Positions 10,526 through 19,768 of a DNA stretch of 64,000 nt are shown here, piece after piece. Position 1 is the first letter of the stretch, and every line of letters begins with the position of its first letter. The stretch is from assembly GCA_963775855.1 (NCBI GenBank), contig CAVZKO010000008.1, positions 3,422-67,421 of the forward strand, given 5' to 3'. The DNA is from an uncultured Chloroflexia bacterium (GTDB lineage: Bacteria > Chloroflexota > Limnocylindria > Limnocylindrales > CSP1-4). Both the position numbers and the translations under genes were made by a program. The notes under the pieces were generated by a model, which searched no databases, was not told the DNA's origin, and saw only the letters and a program-made list of their open reading frames with translations.

Positions 10526-10821
10526 CGGCGCGCGCCCGCCGAACTAACGCACCGGTGCACGCGCGCGCCACGCCAGTCCCGACCCCGGACCGCGCACCTC
10601 GCAACGCCTCCGCACCCTACCCGCCATGACGAAGGTACTGGCAGTCGTGGTCCCCTCGTCCTGTATCTGTCTACGTAGTTTGAGCCTGACTATCGGGTGG
10701 AACGGCGTCACCCGTTCGGGCACCGCGAGGTCCTTCGCCCGCATCAGACGTCCGATCGATATTCATCAGCACTGGTTCTCGGCGTATGCCGAGCCGGCCA
10801 ACGACGAAGGGGAATGCCCGA

Positions 10822-11415
10822 ATGGATCAACTCGTTATCGAGCGCAGGGTCGAACGCCGCCGCAAGCGGCGGCGCGGGATCGTCGCGCTGCTTGCCGCGC
10901 TCTCGGCCCTGACGATCGGCGCCGGCTCCGTCTCCCTCGCGCTGTTCACCGATCAGGACAGCTCGACCTGGTCGTTCACGGTCGGCACGATCGACATCGA
11001 GTCGAACCCGGCGGTCATGGCCGCCATCACCGACATGATGCCCGGCGACACCGTTGCTGACAGCCTGACGATCTCGAATGCCGGGACCGCCGACTTCCGC
11101 TACGCGATGGCAACCGTCGCGACGAACGCGCTCGGCGACGAGCTCGATGTCGCGGTCCGCGGGGAAGATCTCGACGGCGCCTGCGATGACTTCGACGGCG
11201 CAGTCGTCGTTGCCGCGGGCACGGCGCTCGACGGCGCGGGCTTCGGCAGCGCCGCCCAGGGCCCCAACGCGGGCGACAGGGTCCTCGTCGGGGGCGCCAG
11301 CGAGGTGCTGTGCTTCCAGGTGAGCCTGCCGCTCGCCACGGACAACACCTTCCAGGGCGCCACGTCCCTGGCCACGTTCAACTTCCTCGCTGAGCAGACT
11401 GCCAACAACCCGTAA
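10822..11415 (+). CDS. TasA/CalY-like protein with SipW-cognate signal peptide
   Basis: Basic N-terminus, hydrophobic stretch, then SLALFTD (SipW-class cleavage motif). GTIDI...MMPGDTV...ISNAGT pattern and C-terminal FQG...F.AEQ typical of TasA/camelysin-like proteins. Confidence 0.78.
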   Translation: MDQLVIERRVERRRKRRRGIVALLAALSALTIGAGSVSLALFTDQDSSTWSFTVGTIDIESNPAVMAAITDMMPGDTVADSLTISNAGTADFRYAMATVATNALGDELDVAVRGEDLDGACDDFDGAVVVAAGTALDGAGFGSAAQGPNAGDRVLVGGASEVLCFQVSLPLATDNTFQGATSLATFNFLAEQTANNP

Positions 11416-11436
11416 CTCGCACGTCGGCTGCGCTGC

Positions 11437-11466
11437 GCTGCGACCTGCCATTCGGCGGGTCGCAGC
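11437..11466 (+). terminator. Intergenic stem-loop between the tasA-like gene and sipW
   Basis: GCTGCGACCTGCC-attc-GGCGGGTCGCAGC, 13-bp stem with one G-U pair and no U-tract. Confidence 0.55.
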
Positions 11467-11512
11467 CCAGTACCCGGACCGCGATCGCTCGATCACTCAA
11501 CCGGAGGCAACT

Positions 11513-12253
11513 ATGAGGATCCTCGCGTCGGCGACTGCCGGCCTGCGGCAATTCCTCGACCTCCTGCTGATCGGACTCGTCCTCGCCGTGCTGGTGGGCA
11601 TCCTGCTCGCCAAGCTCGTTCCGCTGACCGGCCGCCAGACGATCATCGTCGGCGGCTCGTCCATGGAGCCCGCGATCGGGCTCGGGGCCGCGATCGTCAT
11701 CCGGCCCGTCCCGGCCGAGGCCCTCGCCGTCGGTGATGTCGTCACCCTGCACGCCGGCGCGAAGAGCGCCATCTACACGCACCGGATCATCGAGGTCGTC
11801 GACCGGCCGGACGGCCGCTGGATCCGGACGCAGGGCGACGCCAACGCCCATCCCGACCCGACCCTGATCCACGCTTCGGCAGTCGTGGGCCGGACCGAAC
11901 TCGCGATCCCCCTTGTCGGATACCTTCTCGCGCTGCTATCGATCCCGACCGGCGTCCTGTTCCTCGTCGGCGTCGCCGCGACGCTGCTCGCGGCGGCGTG
12001 GTTGCTGGAGTCGCTCGAACTGGAGCAGACGTCCATGGTCACGATGACCCTCTCGCCGGGAACCAACCGCGGCCAGGGCGAGCCCATCGCCGCCCGGCCG
12101 ATCGCGCCTCGGGACCTCGCGCCCGACGGCGGCTTCCTGGGCGGCGCCCGTCTGAACCGGGCCGAGAAGCTCGCGTTCATGCGAGCCTCGCGGCAGCACC
12201 GGACCTCGCCGATGCAGACCGCGTCGAGGCCGACCACCCGCCGGCCCGGCTGA
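11513..12253 (+). CDS. sipW: Signal peptidase I, SipW (ER/archaeal) type
   Basis: GGSSMEP (catalytic Ser), YTHRII (His in place of Lys), RTQGDAN. N- and C-terminal TM segments. SD GGAGG upstream. Confidence 0.88.
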   Translation: MRILASATAGLRQFLDLLLIGLVLAVLVGILLAKLVPLTGRQTIIVGGSSMEPAIGLGAAIVIRPVPAEALAVGDVVTLHAGAKSAIYTHRIIEVVDRPDGRWIRTQGDANAHPDPTLIHASAVVGRTELAIPLVGYLLALLSIPTGVLFLVGVAATLLAAAWLLESLELEQTSMVTMTLSPGTNRGQGEPIAARPIAPRDLAPDGGFLGGARLNRAEKLAFMRASRQHRTSPMQTASRPTTRRPG

Positions 12254-12263
12254 CAGGCGCCTC

Positions 12264-13193
12264 GTGCACAAGCGGTTCGGCCTGTCGGCCCTGCTCGTCG
12301 CCGTCGTCGTCACGGGTGCGACGGGCAAGGCGACGCTCGCCCGCCTCACCGACCAGGACGCCTCGACGAAGTCCTTCTCGACCGATACCCTCGCGCCGCC
12401 GACGAACGTCGCCGCGACGCCGGTCGGTCTGACCGCGCATCTCACCTGGACCCCCAGCGTCGACGCCTACGCCGCCGGTTACGAGATCTGGCGGAGCACG
12501 ACGAGCGGCAGCGGCTACGTGCTGGTCGGGACAGCGACGCCCGGCACCGCCTCGAGTGCCACCGATGCGGCAGGGGTCGGGCTCTTCTACTACGTCCTCC
12601 GCTCGTACTTCCAGAACTGGCGCAGCGTCAATAGCAACCAAACGAGCGTGACGATATCGCTCGGCCCGGTCAGCACCGGACCGAAGGCCTGCGGCACGAG
12701 CGCGGCGGACACCGGTGGCGACGGCAACGGCTACGAGACCGGGACCGCGAGCGCCTGCACCGACGACAGCGTGATGGCGACCGACGTCAACACGGGGACC
12801 GGCGCCCGCTCGACGGCATGCGCGAACGTTGCCAACGATCGCCATCGGTTCCGCGACTTCTCGCTGGGCATGCCCGGCAGCGTGACCCTCGTCAGCGGGA
12901 TCCAGGTCCGGGCCGACGTCGGGATGAACAACAACGGCGGCACGTCGCGCCTGTGCGTCGAGCTGTCGGGTGACGGCGGGTCGACCTGGACCGCGGCCAA
13001 GGTGCTCACGCTATCGGGTGCCGCGGAGGCGACGTACCTGTTCGGCGGCGCGGCCGACACCTGGGGCAAGGTCTGGACGGCAGGCGAGTTCAGCAACGCC
13101 AATTTCCGGGTTCGCTTCACCGATGCGACGAACCAGCCGAACAAGGACTACCTGCTCGACTACGTCTCGGTGAACGTCACCTACACGCCCTAG
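12264..13193 (+). CDS. Second SipW-dependent secreted protein (FN3-like plus Cys-containing domain; TapA-like position)
   Basis: Signal peptide ending ATLARLTDQD, LAPPTNVAA...LTWTPS...YEIWRS FN3-like domain, four Cys in the C-terminal half. Confidence 0.65.
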   Translation: MHKRFGLSALLVAVVVTGATGKATLARLTDQDASTKSFSTDTLAPPTNVAATPVGLTAHLTWTPSVDAYAAGYEIWRSTTSGSGYVLVGTATPGTASSATDAAGVGLFYYVLRSYFQNWRSVNSNQTSVTISLGPVSTGPKACGTSAADTGGDGNGYETGTASACTDDSVMATDVNTGTGARSTACANVANDRHRFRDFSLGMPGSVTLVSGIQVRADVGMNNNGGTSRLCVELSGDGGSTWTAAKVLTLSGAAEATYLFGGAADTWGKVWTAGEFSNANFRVRFTDATNQPNKDYLLDYVSVNVTYTP

Positions 13194-13645
13194 GAGCCCT
13201 CGAAGGCCTCGATCGCCGCCCGGTACTGCGGCGGGATCGGCGTCGGGCGACGCTCGGCGACCTCGATCAGCACGAGCGTCTGGACGGCCGTGCACATAAG
13301 GCGGTCATCGTCGACGCGGTAGGCGGCACACTCGACGGTAGCGCTCGAGCGGCCGATCCGGGACGTCCGAACGAAGACCTCCAGCAGGTCGTCGAAGACC
13401 GCCGGCGCCTCGTACTCGACGCTCATCGCCCGCATCACGAACTCCTGGTCGCCCTGCCACAGTGCTCGCAGCCCGAGATGGCGGTGGTACTCGAGCCGGG
13501 CGTGATCGAAATAGGGCAGGTACCGGCCGTAGTAGACGACGCCCTGGGCATCGGTGTCGGAGAACCACACCCGGGCGTGCGCCGAGAATCGGAAGGGCGG
13601 CTTGCGGTCCGTGGGTCCGGCGTCGTAAATGTCGCGATCGGTCAT
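13190..13645 (-). CDS. Acyl-CoA thioesterase (4HBT/YbgC hot-dog fold)
   Basis: RVWFSDTDAQGVVYYGRYLPYFDHAR, VEYEAPAVFDDLLEV, IGRSS. ATG 13645 with TACGAT-N6 upstream. Confidence 0.88.
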   Translation of the reverse strand: MTDRDIYDAGPTDRKPPFRFSAHARVWFSDTDAQGVVYYGRYLPYFDHARLEYHRHLGLRALWQGDQEFVMRAMSVEYEAPAVFDDLLEVFVRTSRIGRSSATVECAAYRVDDDRLMCTAVQTLVLIEVAERRPTPIPPQYRAAIEAFEGS

Positions 13646-13921
13646 CGGCCGATCGTACGCGAGTCCCCGATCGCCGATCTCGTCGGGAGGCCCGGGCCTC
13701 ACGCCGGCCTGGGTGGTGCGCCGGCGCGCCAGCAACTCGCGATTGATTACGCCTGCGGATCGCCTGTGGGGCGACGTACGTACCGCACCCTAGCGCACCC
13801 TCCGTATCAGGACCCCCAACCAACACGCCAGCCGCCGACGGACCAAGGTCGGGCTTGGCCCGGGGCGAGATCGTCGGGCAAGGTAGGGGAGTCGCATTCC
13901 GCTGACCCTCAGCCCCGGAAT

Positions 13922-14000
13922 GCGCGACCAAAGGCACACCCGTCGCGAGGCGGGGTCGCAAAGCTTCGGACCTGGGAACAGGTGGCCGGGCTGCCGTCTG
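13922..14000 (+). ncRNA. c-di-GMP-I (GEMM-I) riboswitch
   Basis: GGCACACC(13933-13940)-CGTC-GCGA tetraloop-GGCGGGGTCGCAAAGC-...ACCTG-ggaa-CAGGT-GGCCGGGCTGCCG matches the GEMM-I architecture. G at the position-20 equivalent favours c-di-GMP over cGAMP. Confidence 0.85.
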
Positions 14001-14077
14001 AGCTAGCCGTGACGTCACCGCGGCATCGGTAGCACGCGCCTCCTGCCCGCACGGCCCGCCGGTAGGAGTCGCACCCC

Positions 14078-15781
14078 ATGCGAAACATCCGTGTCGCCGA
14101 TCCTCGGGATCGCGTACTCGTCGACCCGAATCCCCCGATCCCGACCCGGCGCTCTCGCGGCTCTCGCGCTCGCGACATCCTGCTCACGATCCCAATCGCG
14201 CTCCTACTGCCTGCGATCGTCCTCTTGTCCGCGCCCGCGGCCGCCGGCGGCCCGACCCTGACTGCAACCCCGACGATGATCGCGGCCGGCACGAAGGTGA
14301 CCTTGCGCGCCGCAAGCTTCCCCGCTGGCAGCGACGGCATGATCTTCCTCGACGACGGCGCGAAGGAGCTGGCCCGGTATCGCGTCAATGGCAAGGGCAA
14401 GTTCCGCGTGGCGGTCGTCATGCCGGCCGCCGTCGCGGCCGGAAAGCACACGGTGCGAGCCCAGTCGGGCTCCGAGACAGTCGCCGAGCTCGTCGTCACC
14501 GTGACCTCCGAGAACGCGGAGCCGACTCCGGTCCCGACGCCCAACCCAACGCCGGTAGTCACGCCTCCGCCCACGCCCGCCCCAACGCCTCCCCCGACGC
14601 CGGTCGTCACGCCCGCCCCCACGCCCGCCCCGACGCCGGTCGTCACGCCGCCGCCGACGCCTACCCCCACACCGCCACCGACGGTCGCTCCGGCGCCCAC
14701 GGCCACGCCGACTCCGAGTCCGACGCGAACACCAACCCCAACCGCCGCGCCGACGGCGACCCCCCGGCCGACCTCGACTCCGACACCGCTGCCGACCGCG
14801 ACGCCCGCCCCGACGCCCGCCCCGACCACCGGCCCGGCCCCGGCGAGCGGCACGATCCTCATCGACCGGGCGACGCTGATGTCCCTCCCGATGAGCGGCT
14901 CAGGGTGGCTCGCGCTCAAGGCGCGCGCCGATCTCCCGGTGGGTTCCCCGAACCTCTCCAACCAGGATGACCCGAACGATGTCACGGCCCTCGCCAAGGC
15001 GCTCGTGTACGCCCGCACCGGCGTGGTCCGCTACCGCGATGAAACAATCACGATGCTCAAGGCCGCTGTCGGCACCGAGTATCCGGGCGACGCCCTCGGC
15101 ATCGCCCGAGGTGTCGCGCCGCTCGTCCTGGCCGCAGACCTCGTCGGCTGGCGCGAGCCCACCTGGATGAGCTGGCTCAGCAGGCTCCGAACCTGGGCCA
15201 ACCCCGACCGTGGCTTCACCCTGATCAGCATGCATGACAAGCGCCCGAACAACTGGGGGGCGCACGCCGGTGCGGGTCGCATCGCGACCGACCTCTACCT
15301 CGGCGACATGGTCGACCTCGCTCGCGCCGCGAAGGTGTTCAAGGGGTACCTCGGCGACCGGGCCTCGTACGCCTCGTTCAGCTACGGCAGCGACCTGAGC
15401 TGGCAGGCGAGCGCGGTCTCGCCCGTCGGCATCAATCCGGCCGGGGGGACACTCGACGGGATCATGCCGGACGACATGCGCCGCGGCGGCCCGAGCCCGG
15501 TCGTCGGCGATCTCGGCCAGAGCTACACCTGGGAGGCCCTCCAGGGCACTCTCCTGCAGGCTGAGCTCCTCTCCCGGAACGGCTATCCCGCCTGGGACTG
15601 GCAGAACCAGGCCATCCTGCGGGCGTTCTACCGCATCAACGCCCTCGGCTACCCCGCCGTCGGTGACGACCGCTGGCAGCCCTGGCTCATCAACCGCCGC
15701 TACGGCACGTCGTTCGCGGCGTCGACGAGCACGACCGCAGGCAAGAGTTTCGGCTACACCGACTGGCTCTTCGCGAGGTAG
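14078..15781 (+). CDS. Secreted alginate-lyase-fold protein with long Pro/Thr linker (paralog B)
   Basis: Signal-like hydrophobic segment, Ig-like domain, about 105-aa PT linker, [32 protein letters not shown] and WEALQG shared with paralog A. Confidence 0.68.
   Translation: MRNIRVADPRDRVLVDPNPPIPTRRSRGSRARDILLTIPIALLLPAIVLLSAPAAAGGPTLTATPTMIAAGTKVTLRAASFPAGSDGMIFLDDGAKELARYRVNGKGKFRVAVVMPAAVAAGKHTVRAQSGSETVAELVVTVTSENAEPTPVPTPNPTPVVTPPPTPAPTPPPTPVVTPAPTPAPTPVVTPPPTPTPTPPPTVAPAPTATPTPSPTRTPTPTAAPTATPRPTSTPTPLPTATPAPTPAPTTGPAPASGTILIDRATLMSLPMSGSGWLALKARADLPVGSPNLSNQDDPNDVTALAKALVYARTGVVRYRDETITMLKAAVGTEYPGDALGIARGVAPLVLAADLVGWREPTWMSWLSRLRTWANPDRGFTLISMHDKRPNNWGAHAGAGRIATDLYLGDMVDLARAAKVFKGYLGDRASYASFSYGSDLSWQASAVSPVGINPAGGTLDGIMPDDMRRGGPSPVVGDLGQSYTWEALQGTLLQAELLSRNGYPAWDWQNQAILRAFYRINALGYPAVGDDRWQPWLINRRYGTSFAASTSTTAGKSFGYTDWLFAR
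14520..14840 (+). repeat. Pro/Thr-rich low-complexity linker repeats
   Basis: Recurring ccgacgcc/cccacgcc units encoding [15 protein letters not shown]... Confidence 0.8.
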
Positions 15782-15813
15782 GCCCGCGGCCGCCCAGCCA
15801 AGCTCCATCCCAG

Positions 15814-15850
15814 CGGCTCCGTTGCCAGTCGGCAACGGAGCCGTCCCTTT
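15814..15850 (+). terminator. Intrinsic terminator
   Basis: CGGCTCCGTTGCC-agtc-GGCAACGGAGCCG, perfect 13-bp stem followed by tcccttt. Confidence 0.75.
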
Positions 15851-15935
15851 GTAATGCCAACATCGGCAGGCCTCGGCTACCATCAGGTTCCCCAGTGCTC
15901 ATCCTCCCGCCGTTTTCTTTTCGGGGGTTACCTGC

Positions 15936-18920
15936 ATGCCGAAGTCTCGCCGCGCCGCGTCCCGCGCCCTCGTTCGCTGGCTCTCGGGCCTTGTCGCCAT
16001 CGTCGTCCTGGCCTCTCTGGCCTCGGCGCTCGTCGGCAGCGTCGCTGCTGCGACCCCCGTCACGGCCGGCTGGCGCGACGACCTCCAGTACGGCGATCCG
16101 TCGTCGCCCGGCGGCGACGACGTCACCGCGAATCGGAGCCAGAGCAAGCTCTGGACGAACGACGGCTTCTGGTTCGGGGTCAGGTTCGACCCGCGCTCTA
16201 CACCGGCCGCCAAGTTCCGGATCTGGCGCTTCGACATGGCAACGCAGAACTGGACCAACACCAGCATCGCCGTCGATGACCGCAATCGCTCGCACGCCGA
16301 CGTGCTTCCGGACGGCAACCTCGTCTACGTCGCCTCGGCCCGGGCGGAGGGTCCCGGGGGGAGCGTCGGCCGCGACCTCCGCATCTACAAGTACACGTAC
16401 AACACGGTTTCGAACACCTACGCAATCGTCGCTGGCTTTCCGAAGCTCATCCCAGGGACGGCTGCCGGGACCGGGCACTCAACGATCGCCAGGGATGGCA
16501 ACGGCGACCTCTGGGTCGCGTTCACGCAGTCGAACCGTGTCCGGATCTCGAGGTCGACCGACAACGGTGTCACCTGGGGTGCGCCGTTTGACCTGCCCAA
16601 CATGGGCAACAACATCACCTCGAACGACACCGCGGCGATCGCGAATCTGAACGGCGGTGTGGGCGTTCTCTGGTCCAACCAGGCGGCGACCGACGACGCG
16701 TTCTACTTCGTCGCCCATGCCAGCGTCGATCCGGCCGGCACGTGGCAGGCCCGCGAGGACGCATTCAAGACTGCGAACGCGTTTGACGCCGACGGCCACA
16801 TCAGCGTCAAGACGGACGCGACCGGCAATATCCTGGCCGCCGTCAAGACGAACCGCAACGATGACCCTGCCCCGAACGGGGGCGATCCTCTGATCACCGT
16901 CCTGAAACGGGCCGGCTCGGCCGGAACGCCCGGCTCGTGGGTCTCCCACCCGGTGACGTCAGTCACGGTCGGCGGCACTCGGCCGATTCTCGTGCTCGAC
17001 GATGCCGCGGGCCAGGCCAACGTCTTCCTGACCAGTCCCGAGCAGGCCGCCGACGGCCCGCAGGGGATCTACCGCCGGACGGCCCCGCTCTCGACACTGA
17101 ACTTCGGGGCGGCCTCGATCGGGACGGCCTTCATCAAGAGCGCCACCGAAGTGGCGATCAACGACGCGACGTCGATGAAGGCGAGGACAACGGCGGCGAC
17201 GGGGATCCTCGTCGAAGCAACGAACATCCCGACGCGCCACTACCTCCACAACTGCGTCGGCGGCCTATGCCCCGCACGGCCCGTTGCGAATTTCACCGGG
17301 ACGCCAACGAGCGGCCTCAAGCCGCTAACGGTTCAGTTCACCGACACGTCGACGAACGCGCCGACCAGTTGGATATGGAACTTCGGTGACGGCACTCCGA
17401 CGTCGGCGGTGAAGAACCCCAGCCACGTCTACGCGAATGCTGGGAACTACACCGTCACCTTGACGGCCACGAACGCCGCCGGCCCTGACACCGAGACGAA
17501 GACGAACTACATCACCGTCTCGAACCCGCTGCCGCCCGTCGCCAACTTCACGGGAACCCCGAGAAACGGCACAGCGCCGCTCACGGTCCAGTTCACCGAC
17601 ACGTCGACGAACACGCCCACCGCCTGGGCATGGACATTCGGCGACGGCGGGACCTCGACCGCGAAGAACCCCAGTCACGTGTACGCGGATCCAGGGACCT
17701 ACAACGTCAGCCTGAAGGCCACCAACGGTGGCGGCAACGACACCGCGACGAAGACCGGTTACATCACGGTCCAGGCGCCGCCGGAGACTGCCTACTTCGC
17801 GATGCCTCCGAAGCGCATCCTCGACAGCCGGCCCGGCATCGGGATCGGCCTGTCCGGCGCGTTCGCCCACGGCGTGCCGCGGTCGCTCAACGTCGCCGGC
17901 GCGAACAACATCCCGGCCGACGCCGTGGCAATCACCGGCAACCTCACGGTCGCCGGCCAGACGCGGGCCGGCTACCTGTCCATCACCAAGACGTCGATCG
18001 CCAACCCGACGACGTCGACGCTCAACTTCCCGCTTGCCGACACCCGGGCCAACGGCGTGACGGTTCCGCTGAACCCGTCCGGCGACATCTTCATCGTCTA
18101 CCGGGGCTCGGCCGGGGCGACCGCCCACGTACTTCTCGACGTCACCGGCTACTTCCGCATCACGACGTCCGGTACCACCTACCACTCGCTCGCGCCGAAG
18201 CGCGTCCTCGACAGCCGCTTCGGGGTCGGCCTGTCAGGCACGTTCTCACCGAACACTCCGCGGCTACTGAGCATCGCCGGGGCGAACCAGATCCCCGCGG
18301 CGGCGAGGGCGATCACCGGCAACCTGACCGTGGTCGGCCAGACCCGCGCCGGGTACCTCTCGATCACCACCGCATCGGCGCCCAATCCGACGACGTCGAC
18401 GCTCAACTTCCCGCTGTCCGACACACGGGCCAATGGCGTGACGGTCCCGCTCAATGCTCAAGGCGACCTGTTCATCGTCTACAAGGCGTCCGGCGGATCG
18501 ACGCACGTGATCCTCGACGTCACGGGCTACTTCCTCGACGGTCTGTCGGGGGCGACGTTCGTGCCCGTGACGCCGGCGCGGATCCTCGATACGCGATTCG
18601 ATACGGGGCTGCCCAACTCGTTCGCAGCAAACGTGCCCCGGACGTGGGACGTCGCGGGCAGGGGTGGCGTCGGCTCAGACGCGATCGCCGTGATCGGGAA
18701 CGTGGCCGTCGTCGGCCAGACGAAGGCCGGCTACGTCTCGCTCACCCCGAACTCCCAGGTGAACCCGACGACCTCGACGATCAACTTCCCACTGGGCGAC
18801 ACCCGGGCTAACAACTTCACGGTCGAGTTGTCCGGCGGCGGCGGCCTCTTCGGTGTTTACAAGGCGCCAACCGGCGCCCGGACCGATCTCCTCATGGATG
18901 TGACCGGCTACTACAAATAG
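15936..18920 (+). CDS. Large secreted surface protein: unnamed propeller-like N-domain, 2 PKD domains, 3 C-terminal repeats
   Basis: Signal peptide, Asp-box STDNGVTW, two PKD units (VQFTDTST...WxWxFGDG...HVY), three ~125-aa repeats beginning P[KA]R[IV]LD[ST]R. Confidence 0.8.
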   Translation: MPKSRRAASRALVRWLSGLVAIVVLASLASALVGSVAAATPVTAGWRDDLQYGDPSSPGGDDVTANRSQSKLWTNDGFWFGVRFDPRSTPAAKFRIWRFDMATQNWTNTSIAVDDRNRSHADVLPDGNLVYVASARAEGPGGSVGRDLRIYKYTYNTVSNTYAIVAGFPKLIPGTAAGTGHSTIARDGNGDLWVAFTQSNRVRISRSTDNGVTWGAPFDLPNMGNNITSNDTAAIANLNGGVGVLWSNQAATDDAFYFVAHASVDPAGTWQAREDAFKTANAFDADGHISVKTDATGNILAAVKTNRNDDPAPNGGDPLITVLKRAGSAGTPGSWVSHPVTSVTVGGTRPILVLDDAAGQANVFLTSPEQAADGPQGIYRRTAPLSTLNFGAASIGTAFIKSATEVAINDATSMKARTTAATGILVEATNIPTRHYLHNCVGGLCPARPVANFTGTPTSGLKPLTVQFTDTSTNAPTSWIWNFGDGTPTSAVKNPSHVYANAGNYTVTLTATNAAGPDTETKTNYITVSNPLPPVANFTGTPRNGTAPLTVQFTDTSTNTPTAWAWTFGDGGTSTAKNPSHVYADPGTYNVSLKATNGGGNDTATKTGYITVQAPPETAYFAMPPKRILDSRPGIGIGLSGAFAHGVPRSLNVAGANNIPADAVAITGNLTVAGQTRAGYLSITKTSIANPTTSTLNFPLADTRANGVTVPLNPSGDIFIVYRGSAGATAHVLLDVTGYFRITTSGTTYHSLAPKRVLDSRFGVGLSGTFSPNTPRLLSIAGANQIPAAARAITGNLTVVGQTRAGYLSITTASAPNPTTSTLNFPLSDTRANGVTVPLNAQGDLFIVYKASGGSTHVILDVTGYFLDGLSGATFVPVTPARILDTRFDTGLPNSFAANVPRTWDVAGRGGVGSDAIAVIGNVAVVGQTKAGYVSLTPNSQVNPTTSTINFPLGDTRANNFTVELSGGGGLFGVYKAPTGARTDLLMDVTGYYK
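17790..18917 (+). repeat. Three tandem ~375-bp domain repeats (PxRxLDxR...LLDVTGYY/F)
   Basis: Each unit contains GQTRAGY(L/V)S...NPTTST(L/I)NFP..DTRAN. Confidence 0.8.
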
Positions 18921-19068
18921 CCTGGCGCGCCGCTGCTGCCCGGCCGCAGCCAGAAGGTGGTGCGCAAGGACAACGCGCTTTTCGGCGATCCCGTCTTCGT
19001 GACGACCCGGTGTTACCCTCGCGGCACGGCTCCGGCCCGGGGCCGAAACGCAGCGCTGGGAGGCACCG

Positions 19069-19380
19069 ATGCGTCGCTCCATCACCGCGCTCATGGCCGC
19101 CTTCGCTCTGGCCACTGTGATGGCGGTTCCCGCACTCGCGACCAAGCCGATCGGCCTCTGTCCGAACGGCCAGTTCGAGGCGATGACGTACGCGGAGTTC
19201 CTGGCCCTGTCGCGCTCCGTCGGAGTGCCTGAGGAGTTCCTCGGCGCCGACCATTTCGCGACGTTCCAGACATTCGACAAGAACCACGACGGACTCGTCT
19301 GCATCAAGGACCTTCCCGACACGCCGGGGCATCTCGGCGCCTGGGTCTTCAATGCCATTGACAACACGGCGCACCCGTGA
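19069..19380 (+). CDS. Small secreted protein with an EF-hand-like DxNxDG loop and two Cys
   Basis: Signal peptide ending PALA, FDKNHDGLVCIK, SD GGAGG upstream. Confidence 0.65.
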   Translation: MRRSITALMAAFALATVMAVPALATKPIGLCPNGQFEAMTYAEFLALSRSVGVPEEFLGADHFATFQTFDKNHDGLVCIKDLPDTPGHLGAWVFNAIDNTAHP

Positions 19381-19768
19381 CCGCAAAGCCAGCGCGCGCC
19401 TAGCGCGCAGATTGCCGCACGCCGGTTAGGCCGGGCCTGACGACGATCTCGCACGGCACTGGGCGACCAGTCGAGCTGGCGCGACCGTGGGCTTTTTCAA
19501 ATCGGCGCAATTGCATCCTCACGAAGTCGCCGATCACGGCCGGATAATGGTGGCCGGCCGACTTAGCCCAAGGGCAGCCTGCGCGGCCCGGAACCCCCCT
19601 CCCGGCCCGCGCTGGGCTTGCCCCCTATGTCGCAGTAGGCTCCGTTGGATTGGGCGGGTCGACCCCTCGCATTCGCGGAGTTGCGTCACCACCGCGATGG
19701 CGCTCGGCATCCTGAAGCGTCGGGAAGGCCTCGCGTGCTCTACTGCTGCTACAAATAGCCGGACACGC

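Noticed and set aside
10680-10790. Possible riboswitch (c-di-GMP-II-like) upstream of the tasA-like gene
   Set aside because: Hairpins and a GGGCAC are present, but the kink-turn and pseudoknot elements of the class are not recognisable. An Infernal scan would be needed.
19557-19630. tRNA-like start GCCGACTTAGC in the 19380-19769 intergenic region
   Set aside because: No D-loop GG, anticodon arm or TTC T-loop follows, and no cloverleaf forms.
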